Below, one piece after another: positions 11,027-20,146 of a DNA stretch of 64,000 nucleotides. The position numbers and the translations under genes were made by a program. Origin of the DNA: a virus; IMG/VR virus record IMGVR_UViG_3300020442_000009, positions 1-64,000 of that record. The stretch is one strand, 5' to 3'. The notes under the pieces were generated by a model, which was not told where the DNA came from, searched no databases, and saw only the letters and a list, made by a program, of their open reading frames with translations. The first letter of the stretch is position 1. Each line of letters begins with the position of its first letter.

Positions 11027-11952
11027 AATTGTTTACAAAGGTCGATACCTTTTCCTGTTATTTTACGTTTACCATCTATTTCTATTAAACCTTTATTTAG
11101 TAGATACAATTCATGATCTCTCTGTAAGGCAGATTTACTAAGTCCAATCTTAGCCGCCAACCCTGTTAGTGTAGCAGAACCACAATCATTTAGGGCTTGC
11201 AGTATTTGTTTTTCTGTATAGCTAATACCCATAGGTAATATACCTACTTGATCGCACAAATCATTTAGTTGTTGTAATCCAAATGCTTGACTATCTTTTG
11301 CCCCACAATAAAGGTTAATTTCTTTTGACCTTTTAACTGCACTTCTAGCATTATTTCTGATAGTGCTTGCAACCTTGTCTAATGAATTGTTATAGTAAAC
11401 AACATCAGGAGTGCATAACTTTACTATTTGAGCAAGTTCTTCCTCATTATAAGGTTCAAAGTCAATAGTTGTTAATCTATCTTTTAATGGTGGAAATATT
11501 TTATCACTTTCAGTAGTAGCAAAAATAAAAGTTTGCCTTTTGAAATTGAAAGTAAAAGTCATTTCATTCCATTCAAATTTTTTGATAGAATTTTTCTCTG
11601 TATTAAAAATACTTAGAAATGCCATAGTTAAGTCTTGAGGTAAAGCATGGCACTCATCAAATAGAATTGTAATCTCATTATCTGCAATGACAGGCAAGAA
11701 TATTTGCTCAAAAAATGCTTCGTTATTTTTAATTGTAGAGCAATTAAGTTCAAGGAAAGTCCTTCTGTCTCCATCTTCATTATAAAGATTTTTAGCAAAA
11801 GCCTTGGCAAATTCTGTTTTACCTAGACCCTTTGCTCCAATTAAGTTAAGAAACGGAGCTTGTCCTGTTTTGCGAAAAGCATCTAGGTAAAAACTAAGTT
11901 TTTTCTTTACATTATGCTGACCTATTAAATTTGGAAAATAATCACTCATCAT
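11023..11952 (-). CDS. ruvB: Holliday junction branch-migration ATPase RuvB-like
   Basis: LIGQ, Walker A GAKGLGKT, Walker B FDECH, ATT, PLKDR, YNEEELAQIV, C-terminal wHTH ending RKIT.KG. Confidence 0.85.
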   Translation of the reverse strand: MMSDYFPNLIGQHNVKKKLSFYLDAFRKTGQAPFLNLIGAKGLGKTEFAKAFAKNLYNEDGDRRTFLELNCSTIKNNEAFFEQIFLPVIADNEITILFDECHALPQDLTMAFLSIFNTEKNSIKKFEWNEMTFTFNFKRQTFIFATTESDKIFPPLKDRLTTIDFEPYNEEELAQIVKLCTPDVVYYNNSLDKVASTIRNNARSAVKRSKEINLYCGAKDSQAFGLQQLNDLCDQVGILPMGISYTEKQILQALNDCGSATLTGLAAKIGLSKSALQRDHELYLLNKGLIEIDGKRKITGKGIDLCKQL

Positions 11953-12353
11953 TTAAATCTGTTAATTTATATTCTATTTTTGGGACAATTTCTTTAGCAA
12001 CTTCTTCATTTATCTCCCTAACTTCATCATCTGAAGCAACTTCACTACAAGGCTCAAAATCACCTGTTAGATTGACAAGCCATGCCTTACTCACCTTTAC
12101 AAGTCCTTTCCTGCCTACATACTCACCTAACTCTTCGTAAGTAATGTCTACAAGTGCTAATGGTCTACCCCTAGACATTACAGAAATTTGTAAAGAAGAT
12201 TTAGTTGATTAGTGCCAAGATACTTATTAAAATAAGCACAAAATTCTGCAACTCTAGCAGGATTCCACTCTTCATTATTAATTGTATTGGCAACCTCGGT
12301 AAACTGACCATCTTGCCATAGTTCTGTTAATTTTATATATTCTGTATTCATTT

Positions 12354-12632
12354 TTATTTTTTATTTTGATTAATGCAAAAATGCTTAACTTCCTGTAAAG
12401 CATGACATAGGTCATCAATTTTGTCAACAGGAATCTGAAAGTATTTTCTGCTTGTTTTGCCATCACTAGAATGAGCATGGAATGTAATATAAGACGGAAA
12501 ATCATAAGCTGTCAAGGATAAACCACCAAGGTATCCATAATCTTTAGAACTTGACCATGCAGTATATTTAGATTGTTCTGACTTTTTTCTACCCTTAGCC
12601 CAAATTACTTCTTTCTCTATAATGTTATTCAT
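12354..12632 (-). CDS. hypothetical protein
   Basis: 92 aa ORF just downstream of a TTGACA box at 12662-12667. Confidence 0.55.
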   Translation of the reverse strand: MNNIIEKEVIWAKGRKKSEQSKYTAWSSSKDYGYLGGLSLTAYDFPSYITFHAHSSDGKTSRKYFQIPVDKIDDLCHALQEVKHFCINQNKK

Positions 12633-12679
12633 GCAACTAATCTTGCATAGATTTTAAATTATGTCAAGAACTTTTTTAT

Positions 12680-12765
12680 TGGTACGGATGGTGGGACTTG
12701 AACCCACACGCCCTATGGGCAACAGATTTTAAGTCTGTAGCGTCTACCGATTCCGCCACATCCGC
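12680..12765 (-). tRNA. tRNA-Leu(UAA)
   Basis: GCGGATG...acaga-CTTAAAA-tctgt anticodon arm, long variable arm, GTTCAAGT T-loop, encoded CCA. Confidence 0.95.
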
Positions 12766-12769
12766 GTAG

Positions 12770-12845
12770 TGGAGCTATCTATCGGACTTGAACCGATGAC
12801 CTGTTGCTTACAAGGCAACTGCTCTACCAACTGAGCTAAGATAGC
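12770..12845 (-). tRNA. tRNA-Thr(UGU)
   Basis: GCTATCT-TAGCTCAGTTGGTAGAGC, gttgc-CTTGTAA-gcaac, GGTTCAAGTCC, encoded CCA; 76 nt. Confidence 0.95.
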
Positions 12846-13427
12846 TTATTTTAAATTTTTATTTCGCCAAGATAATATATCTTCGCATAACTTATAAAGT
12901 TCTTCAAGACTTAAATCTCCCTTTGCGACATTAGCTTCTTTGATACATATATTTAAATTATTTAAATCGTTAGTCCCACCTCTTGAAGTTGGTATTATAT
13001 GATCGAGATTGTAAGTTTCGGGTTTATTTAAATCAATTTTCTTTCCAGTTAAATAACAAAGTGGATTCTCTCCAATTTTTTTAAGAACATCTTTGCAATA
13101 ATAATTTTTAGATATGTTATGAACAATTAAATTTGTTCTGCTCCCGTAAGAATCTTTTCGTTTAAATGTTTTTAATTTTATTCTAAGAGCCTTCCAATTT
13201 TTTCGAGCGCACCTACTTTTAAACCTACTTACTTTTTTGCAAATTTCTTTTCTTGTGCTATTAGTTTTTGATACTCTCTTTTTTTCATTACCATTACCAC
13301 AATGATATGAGATTAAACTTTTAGAGCATCCTAATTCTTTTTCAATTTGTCTATAACTTTTTCCTTCAGACCTTAATTTTAATATGTCTTCTTTTCGACG
13401 CTTATTATTTAAACTTCTTTCTTTCAT
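12846..13427 (-). CDS. HNH endonuclease with N-terminal HTH
   Basis: GKSYRQIEKELGCSKSLISYH HTH; CYLTG, LDHIIPTSRGGTNDLNNL...NVAK. Confidence 0.85.
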   Translation of the reverse strand: MKERSLNNKRRKEDILKLRSEGKSYRQIEKELGCSKSLISYHCGNGNEKKRVSKTNSTRKEICKKVSRFKSRCARKNWKALRIKLKTFKRKDSYGSRTNLIVHNISKNYYCKDVLKKIGENPLCYLTGKKIDLNKPETYNLDHIIPTSRGGTNDLNNLNICIKEANVAKGDLSLEELYKLCEDILSWRNKNLK

Positions 13428-14011
13428 TTTTGAGGTATATTTAAAAGGTCTTCAAAGGATAGTAAGTTTTTGTAAGGTACATTGTAGCAACTACTTCTAA
13501 CCTTCCAACCATTGCTTGGGTCAATATCTCCAACCTTCCAATATTTAGCATTTTTAAAATAATTTTTTTTACCCATAAAACCACAAAACCATACTGACTT
13601 TGGGTCATAATAAACTGCATCTTTTCCCTTTTTTCCGTTCGATCTCCCAAAAGTAATGCTCATAAAAATATAACCATCAGTTTTTTGATGTAGGCTTGTT
13701 TCTGCTATAGAAGCATCGTATGTTAATCTATTTGTATCTATTGGGTCAATAGTTCTACGTTTTAATTTAACATCAAATTTAAAACCCCTAAAAAACATAT
13801 CAAAATTAAATTTTTGAGTGCCATAATTTGTACTAATATTATTTGCACCTAACTCATTAGCAATTACCTCTTCAGCAAAATAAGCGGCTAAATCTGCTTT
13901 GCCCCCACATATTGATTCTGCTTTATGCCTTTCTCCCGCCTCTTGTTTTAAATTTTTAGCTTTTGATATGGCATCTTTAATATTTTTATTTGTAAAATTT
14001 AGTTTCTTCAT
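13424..14011 (-). CDS. PD-(D/E)XK-like nuclease-fold protein
   Basis: AEE...FD...FDVK motif. Confidence 0.5.
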   Translation of the reverse strand: MKKLNFTNKNIKDAISKAKNLKQEAGERHKAESICGGKADLAAYFAEEVIANELGANNISTNYGTQKFNFDMFFRGFKFDVKLKRRTIDPIDTNRLTYDASIAETSLHQKTDGYIFMSITFGRSNGKKGKDAVYYDPKSVWFCGFMGKKNYFKNAKYWKVGDIDPSNGWKVRSSCYNVPYKNLLSFEDLLNIPQK

Positions 14012-14187
14012 CTCATTGACATCACAATAGCCATTGCGCCCTCCTTATTGTCAGTCATAATTATTTCGCCATTTGACAATAATATTTTGAATCTAGGTTG
14101 AGCTTTCGCAGGTCTTCTTTTTACATAAATCACATGAGCAGGGTTTATGTAATATTTTTCATTATTTGTATCCTCTATGGTAATCAT
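14008..14187 (-). CDS. small protein, FlbD-like pattern (59 aa, absent from ORF track)
   Basis: Own translation MITIEDTNNEKYYINPAHVIYVKRRPAKAQPRFKILLSNGEIIMTDNKEGAMAIVMSMR; 4-nt overlaps with both neighbours. Confidence 0.6.
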   Translation of the reverse strand: MITIEDTNNEKYYINPAHVIYVKRRPAKAQPRFKILLSNGEIIMTDNKEGAMAIVMSMR

Positions 14188-14693
14188 AATTTATTTTTAT
14201 TTTCTTCTATGTAAGATTTAATTTTTTTAATACCTCTTTTTCTATATGCAGAAACATGAGGGGCGTGTATATTTAATACATCAGCTATCTCAATATTTTT
14301 ATAACTTTTCAAACATAAACAGATAACTTCTTTTTCTCTTTTAGTGAATTTAATTTTATTTATTATTTCTTTAACAATAATTCGCTTTTCTTTCCTTTTG
14401 TAAAAAGGATTATGGTTAAATATTTCATCCATTTTCCATTCTTCATCATAGAGATCAATCCTATTTCTTTTTGATGAAGTTAAATACGCCTTTATTTGAA
14501 GATTAGCTATTCGCATTGCCCAAGGCATAAAAGGTAAATTTGGTTTGAAGTCTTTTCTTTTATTTATTAAAACATGGTTAGTATTTTGAATGACATCTTT
14601 TGCGTCACTCTTGTTGTATATTTTGCTATATATAAATCTGCTTATTTGGGGTTGGGCATTTTGTAATTCTGTGTTGTAACACATTTTAATCAT
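14184..14693 (-). CDS. ECF sigma-70 factor resembling the Rhodopirellula/Verrucomicrobium family
   Basis: Region 2 DAKDVIQNTNHVL.NKRKDFKPNLPFMPWAMRIA; region 4 TKREKEVICL...NIEIADVLNI. Confidence 0.85.
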   Translation of the reverse strand: MIKMCYNTELQNAQPQISRFIYSKIYNKSDAKDVIQNTNHVLINKRKDFKPNLPFMPWAMRIANLQIKAYLTSSKRNRIDLYDEEWKMDEIFNHNPFYKRKEKRIIVKEIINKIKFTKREKEVICLCLKSYKNIEIADVLNIHAPHVSAYRKRGIKKIKSYIEENKNKL

Positions 14694-14959
14694 CCTCTAA
14701 ATCAAGGTTTTTTTTAGCAATTAAGACGCCTAGATGGTATCCATCATCTTCTACCTGAACTCTTAGGTCAATACTTGCAAATTTTTGAACATATAAGATA
14801 TGTTTTAGTATTTCAGTTACATGAGATGGATTTAAACCGCCTGTATAACTAGCTTCTGGATATTCGTCTTCTACTTCCATAAGTTTTTTTACTAATTTTT
14901 TTAAATCACTCTTAGTTATTTTATATTTAGTTTCACTTGGAGACCAACCTTCTGCAAAA

Positions 14960-15298
14960 TTAATCATTTATTTGCCATGTATGTATTTGTTTTCCAAATG
15001 TTCCCTTTTTCATAAAAGAAGTCTTTTTTAAATAACCTGCATAAGTAAGATTTGTCATAGCTCTCCTAACACTTGTGATCGGTACAGATTTACCGAAATC
15101 AACTTGAGCCAAGACATCTTCTGCGCTAAATCTTTCATCTTTATTATTTGCTTGAAAAAACTTTAGAACTTTAAGTTCTTGTTTATTTGCCTTAGTCTTA
15201 CTAGTAATTAATGTTTTTCCCGACTCTTTATTAGTATTATAATAAGAATTGTGATCTTCTTTTATAAAGTTAAATATTTTTTGCATAATTTTTTTCAT
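14960..15298 (-). CDS. winged-helix DNA-binding protein
   Basis: FSAEDV...PITSVRRAMTNL...GYL.K...GTFGK...W. Confidence 0.6.
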   Translation of the reverse strand: MKKIMQKIFNFIKEDHNSYYNTNKESGKTLITSKTKANKQELKVLKFFQANNKDERFSAEDVLAQVDFGKSVPITSVRRAMTNLTYAGYLKKTSFMKKGTFGKQIHTWQIND

Positions 15299-15535
15299 GG
15301 TAATATTAATCTGTTTGTGTCATTTTCTAATTCGTAGTTATTCCAATAATCGTGGTCATATTCACTATACTTTATATCTTCAAAAAGAACCAACGTGGTG
15401 ATCGGACCTGCGAGGTCATGATCTTCGTCTTCATAACCAATGGCAACTCCATCAGGAACTCTACCTCGTCCATTCTTGTATTCAAAGCACTCATCTATGT
15501 CATGTTCTGAATATATTATTTGGCTGGATTTTATT

Positions 15536-15781
15536 TTACTGATTATCATCGCTAGTCATCACTTCTAATAATTCATTATATTGATCGTTAGATTCTTGTT
15601 GCATTTCGATAGAATCTAACAACATTTCGTAAAAAACTTTTCGTTGTAAATTTTTAAGTTCAAAATCAGTATTGTAAGATACTGCTTTTTCTAATTCCTT
15701 GATCTGTATTTCTTGTTTATTTATGTAGAAACCGCCAAGGGCTATAACCACAACCCAAACTATTCGCTCATTTAATTTCAT
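15536..15781 (-). CDS. membrane-anchored coiled-coil protein
   Basis: N-terminal TM IVWVVVIALGGFYI followed by a heptad-like segment. Confidence 0.6.
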   Translation of the reverse strand: MKLNERIVWVVVIALGGFYINKQEIQIKELEKAVSYNTDFELKNLQRKVFYEMLLDSIEMQQESNDQYNELLEVMTSDDNQ

Positions 15782-15960
15782 TAATAATTGTTATTAAAAT
15801 CATTTTTAGCAGTATGTCTGTCAATTTGTTGATTCCAACCCCCTCTAGCAGGTTGAATCAAGCCTCTTCTGCCCCTAGTGCCTTGACCTCCATATCTTTT
15901 GAAATACTCAGATGTGGAAAACACGGCTTTGTAAAAGATTTTTGAAATAGCAAGTATCAT
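15781..15960 (-). CDS. 59-aa protein made of the YFxRYG...HTAKN module (absent from ORF track)
   Basis: Own translation MILAISKIFYKAVFSTSEYFKRYGGQGTRGRRGLIQPARGGWNQQIDRHTAKNDFNNNY; similar to N-termini of ORFs 20143 and 21079; GTGTA motif 10 nt upstream. Confidence 0.75.
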   Translation of the reverse strand: MILAISKIFYKAVFSTSEYFKRYGGQGTRGRRGLIQPARGGWNQQIDRHTAKNDFNNNY

Positions 15961-15975
15961 AATATATTATTACAC
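15961..15975 (-). promoter_or_regulatory. GTGTA-class (putative late) promoter
   Basis: GTGTAATAATATATT-ATG. Confidence 0.6.
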
Positions 15976-16454
15976 TTCTATAAGAATAGGTTCTCTGCTT
16001 TGAAAGTAAATATTTTCAAATAAATGCAAATCAACTGATTTATCATCTTCCCAATCTATTCCAACAGGCTCTCCTTCGGGAACAGGATTATCTGTATCTT
16101 GGTAGAAAAACTCTTCTACTTCACTCGCTAAAACTAATTCTATTGATCTACTCATTGTTAAACATTTTTAATTGGTTTGGATTTTCTTTTTCTTGTTCTG
16201 CTTCTAATTGTAGCATAAATTCATCTGCTTTGTCAAGCTCTTTTTTTTCTTGTTTGCTCTGCCTTAGCCAATTTCTTTGAGCCATTCTAACTACAAAACG
16301 CATAAAGGCAAAAGCATATACTTTATTTAATCTAATTTTATAAAAAGTTTTTTCTGTAGATTGTCCACCAGCCTCTTCAGCCTCTATGGTAAAATGCTTA
16401 GTGTCCTCATCGTAATCGAATGTAGCATATTTTAATCTTTTTGTAATTTTCATT

Positions 16455-16919
16455 TTACTTATTCTTATTTGTCCACCATGTTTTCATATATGCCACATCT
16501 GAACTAGAAAAACTATGTATTGGAATATTGTAAGAGCGACCTTTAGAGCTTTTTATTTTTGCAGTTTTATCATTCGTATTTATTGAAACTAAATAACCGT
16601 CTATAGTTTTTCCATTCAATCCTGTAAAAGTCCTTACAGGTTTTTTTCTTGATGTCCTAACTGTAGTAGAAGTTCTAGGAGCATAGTAACTAGTGTTATT
16701 ACGCCAAACTGAAGTAGGCATAGGTGAAACTCTTTGATATATAACTTGAGCAGGTAGCACACGCGGAGGTCTAGCAATGTTACATGTAGTTCCTCCGCTT
16801 CTATCAACAGTTACAGTAACTTTTGCATTTAATGCAGAAGATAATAAAATTTGAAATAAAAAGAAAAGGTGTAATATATTTATATGATTTGTCATGATAG
16901 TAAAAGTATTTTTATTCAT
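16455..16919 (-). CDS. secreted protein with C-terminal SHD1-like domain
   Basis: Hydrophobic signal ending ALNA; RTFTGLNGKTIDGYLVS...IPIHSFSSSDVAYMK resembles the SHD1 domains common in PVC bacteria. Confidence 0.65.
   Translation of the reverse strand: MNKNTFTIMTNHINILHLFFLFQILLSSALNAKVTVTVDRSGGTTCNIARPPRVLPAQVIYQRVSPMPTSVWRNNTSYYAPRTSTTVRTSRKKPVRTFTGLNGKTIDGYLVSINTNDKTAKIKSSKGRSYNIPIHSFSSSDVAYMKTWWTNKNK
16869..16883 (+). promoter_or_regulatory. GTGTA-class promoter of the sulfotransferase
   Basis: GTGTAATATATTTAT-ATG. Confidence 0.6.
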
Positions 16920-17447
16920 ATTCCTAAGACTGGTGGTACAAGTATAGAAAAAACATTAAGAAATGTCAAGGAAAAAAATTGGGTACATGAACCCGATCAT
17001 CGAAATGCCAAAGATTATTTTAATTTGAATGCAACTCAATTTTGGAGATATCATAAATTTACTGTAGTTAGAGATCCTGTTGAGAGAGAGTTGTCTTTGT
17101 ATAGATTTTTAGTCAAAAGCCCAAAGCGAAAAACATTGAGTCAATATCTAGATAGTATAATAAGTAAGGATAATTTCTATAAAAATATGTCAAAAACTTA
17201 TCACCATTTATTTAGCAATCAAGTTGATTATTTTTTAATAAACGAGCAGATATGCGTAGACCAAATAATAAGGTTTGAGGATTTACAAAATGGTTTTGAT
17301 TTATTGTCTAATACTTTAAATATAGATCAAAAAACTCTACCTCACTTAAGAAAAACTTATATAAAGAGACACGTTGATCCTGATTTAGATGAAATTAATA
17401 AAATTAAAAAAATAAGACAAAAAGATTACGATTTATTGGGTTATTGA
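16884..17447 (+). CDS. sulfotransferase family 2 protein
   Basis: 5'-PSB FIHIPKTGGTSI, 3'-PB FTVVRDPVER.LS.Y, RFEDL, DYDLLGY. Confidence 0.88.
   Translation: MICHDSKSIFIHIPKTGGTSIEKTLRNVKEKNWVHEPDHRNAKDYFNLNATQFWRYHKFTVVRDPVERELSLYRFLVKSPKRKTLSQYLDSIISKDNFYKNMSKTYHHLFSNQVDYFLINEQICVDQIIRFEDLQNGFDLLSNTLNIDQKTLPHLRKTYIKRHVDPDLDEINKIKKIRQKDYDLLGY
16941..16969 (-). promoter_or_regulatory. sigma70-type promoter inside the antisense sulfotransferase gene
   Basis: TTGACA-17-TATACT pointing at ORF 16455..16919. Confidence 0.6.
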
Positions 17448-17680
17448 TTTAAAATTTTTAAATTAGGATTTGGAGGCAAATTGGGGAATTGCATTTTCAT
17501 AATTTCTTGAATAAAAAAGTATTGAGACTCCTTATCGTCATTTTCAACAGCAATTTTAAGCTCATCACCATAAATTGTTAACCAGTCTCGTTGGCTTTCT
17601 TTAAATTTGGTGTCATCGGGTGTGGGACTATGCTTAATAGCACAGCCTGTTAGAGCTAAACAAGCCATTAAAATCCTCAC
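17441..17680 (-). CDS. small lipoprotein
   Basis: MRILMACLALTG-C lipobox; GTGTA motif at 17690-17694. Confidence 0.65.
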   Translation of the reverse strand: MRILMACLALTGCAIKHSPTPDDTKFKESQRDWLTIYGDELKIAVENDDKESQYFFIQEIMKMQFPNLPPNPNLKILNQ

Positions 17681-17695
17681 ATAGTAAATTACACA

Positions 17696-18571
17696 TTAAA
17701 ATAAAGAGAAATGCAAAAGAGCTTCTTCTAGAGCATCTCTAACACTTCTTATTTGTATATATTTTTCTATTTTTGAGGTATCTAAGACACAGTTTGATCT
17801 TGGAGCTTTGACTTCTTTGTTAAATTGATCTAAACTACTAAAGAATTTAAATTTTTTATTAGGTAAAATTGTTTCATTAATAAGTTTTGTAACTTCTTTT
17901 GTGGAAACGCTTCCTTTATTTGTTACATTATAAATTCCATGTGGTACTTTTTGTTCAAGTAAATTAATAACATATTTTGCAAAATCGCCCCTATGTGAAA
18001 GAGAGTTATTAACATCTATTAAAGTTTCGTAATTAATTAATTTTGTTAAATAATTTCTTGAGTGATTAAATTGATCAAAAGGTATCCTTAATCTAAATAT
18101 ATAAGATTGTGGATTGTGTTTTAAAATCATTCTTTCACATAAGGCTTTAGTTCCGCTATAGAAACTGCCGTTATTGAAAGTAAAATTAGGTTTATCCTCT
18201 TCTGTAAATTTTTTTTCATATCCATTATAAATACAGCCAGAGGATATTTGAACTAAAGTGGCATCAGTGTTTGAGCAAAAATTAGCTAAATTAGTAGGAA
18301 ATACAACGTTACCCATAATTGTGTCGCCTTTATTTGACTCACAAGCATCAACATTTGGCTTTCCTATGTACCCCGCACAATTAATTATTATAGCATTTTT
18401 AAAAGGTTTGCTATAGCTATTGTGGTGAATCTGAGCATAATTACTAAATTGTTTAAAATCAGTATAATCTACATCAGATCTACTTAAGGCCAAATATTTT
18501 AATTGTCTAGACTCTAATTCATTTATTATAGCTTTTGCTATATAACCATTTTTGCCTAAAACGACATACAT
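17696..18571 (-). CDS. NDP-sugar reductase/epimerase, RmlD-like
   Basis: VLGKNGYIA, NCAGYIGKPNVDACE, SSGCIY, FYSGTK (YxxxK), PRSNCVLD. Confidence 0.85.
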   Translation of the reverse strand: MYVVLGKNGYIAKAIINELESRQLKYLALSRSDVDYTDFKQFSNYAQIHHNSYSKPFKNAIIINCAGYIGKPNVDACESNKGDTIMGNVVFPTNLANFCSNTDATLVQISSGCIYNGYEKKFTEEDKPNFTFNNGSFYSGTKALCERMILKHNPQSYIFRLRIPFDQFNHSRNYLTKLINYETLIDVNNSLSHRGDFAKYVINLLEQKVPHGIYNVTNKGSVSTKEVTKLINETILPNKKFKFFSSLDQFNKEVKAPRSNCVLDTSKIEKYIQIRSVRDALEEALLHFSLF

Positions 18572-18941
18572 TACAGAACTTCTGGCTTAAACCAAAGTAT
18601 GGCTTGCTTTCTTGATGCATCTTTTTGAAAACTACTACAATAATAACCGATTTGTTCCATTCTATCTAATATTGCATCAAAAAAATCTTCTTGAATAATG
18701 CATTTTATTTCTTCTATTTCGGGAGCGCAAATACTTTGTCCTTGGTAGAATGGCTTTTCTGTATAAGTTAAGTGAACCTTATTACTAAATTCTTCGCAAA
18801 TACTTTGTTCTATTGGTTTCATTTTTTAAATTTATTATCTATCCAAACTTTATAAGTATATAAGCCCATAAGTATTATTATAAACATAATACCATCTGAC
18901 CAACTCAGATCCCATAATTCAACTAATTCTGTCATGCCGAG

Positions 18942-18970
18942 AGTATATCAAAAAAAAATATAAATGTCAA
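18942..18970 (-). promoter_or_regulatory. sigma70-type promoter (leaderless geometry)
   Basis: TTGACA-17-TATACT, 6 nt before the ATG (18935) of a small TM ORF. Confidence 0.7.
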
Positions 18971-19058
18971 TTATAAAATTAATACCATTTATACTTTTCT
19001 TTGCTACAAAAATAATATAATACCGCTAACGCTCCTATAATGATTATCGTTTCCATAA

Positions 19059-19643
19059 TTAAAATTTTTCGTGGACTAAAAGTTCTTCAAATAAATCATC
19101 TGGCAAAGAGCTATATAATTTATTTAATTGTTCTATACTCGAACATTCTTTAATAATTTTTTTTGCCTTTTTTGGCCCATGCCAATTATAAACTTTTACT
19201 GTTTTATTATTTAAATCTTTATAATGTAAGAAAAAGTTTCTTGAGATATCTAAAAATAAAGGATCTATGTCAGATAAATTTTTATAATCTCTTACATGAG
19301 ATGTTGGTACTCCTAATATTTTATAATCTTTGCACATTTTACCATTATGATCCTCGTCTTCCATATCAAGAACTCCAATAACTTGACACTCTACAACAGT
19401 AGCTCTTTCTATCGGTGTTGAGTTATAAACTAATATGTCTAGTGGATCTCCATCATCTGCATATGTTTGGGGTATAAAGCCATAACTCGCTGGATAAACC
19501 ATAGCACTGGTTAAGCTTCTATCGTATTTAAAATAGCCTTGTGGTTCATATTCATACTTAGCGCTAGTACCCTTTGGTATTTCTATTACTGCATTAATTA
19601 TATCTGGGCTAGTATTTGGCTGTTTTATTTTAAAAAGATTCAT
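19059..19643 (-). CDS. ppa: family I inorganic pyrophosphatase
   Basis: IEIPKG...KYEY, YP..YGFIPQT, DDGDPLD, D.K, FF.HYKDL. Confidence 0.95.
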   Translation of the reverse strand: MNLFKIKQPNTSPDIINAVIEIPKGTSAKYEYEPQGYFKYDRSLTSAMVYPASYGFIPQTYADDGDPLDILVYNSTPIERATVVECQVIGVLDMEDEDHNGKMCKDYKILGVPTSHVRDYKNLSDIDPLFLDISRNFFLHYKDLNNKTVKVYNWHGPKKAKKIIKECSSIEQLNKLYSSLPDDLFEELLVHEKF

Positions 19644-20146
19644 TAGATATTAGATAGAGATTTTTTAAATTCATCTAAAGTCATTGGTTTTGTTTTATCT
19701 ATTTCAGAAATTGCATTTTTCAACTTTTGTTTTTCTTCTTCTATTGATTCTAAATCAAAACCATAAAAAGTCAACTCCCATAAAATACTACCTAATAGTG
19801 AGTAGTTATCTAAATTTAAACAGTCTAATATTTCAAGGTCAATTAATTCAGACCAGTTAATTAAATCAATTGAAAAAATTTGATCTATTTCTTCGTCATA
19901 GAGGCAGACGTCTGTAAATTTTATTGGGTCTTCATCTTCTAGAGAAACTTCTTCTTTTTCTGTAATATATATTTTATAATTAATGTTTCCATTAAATTTT
20001 AAATTTTTTAATAAATCATAAACTTGATTATATTTAAATGCATACTTGGCTACTTCATCGTCTGGTAAGTGTTTATAATTGTTTTTATATATATAATTAA
20101 ACGCTCCTTTGTAAGAAGTTTTAAGAATTAATTCCCTTAATGTCAT
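19643..20146 (-). CDS. hypothetical acidic protein
   Basis: 167 aa ORF with WSEL...ILWELTFYGF motif. Confidence 0.65.
   Translation of the reverse strand: MTLRELILKTSYKGAFNYIYKNNYKHLPDDEVAKYAFKYNQVYDLLKNLKFNGNINYKIYITEKEEVSLEDEDPIKFTDVCLYDEEIDQIFSIDLINWSELIDLEILDCLNLDNYSLLGSILWELTFYGFDLESIEEEKQKLKNAISEIDKTKPMTLDEFKKSLSNI

Noticed and set aside
12278-12505. 75-aa ORF
   Set aside because: It overlaps the better-supported 12354..12632 ORF on the same strand in another frame.
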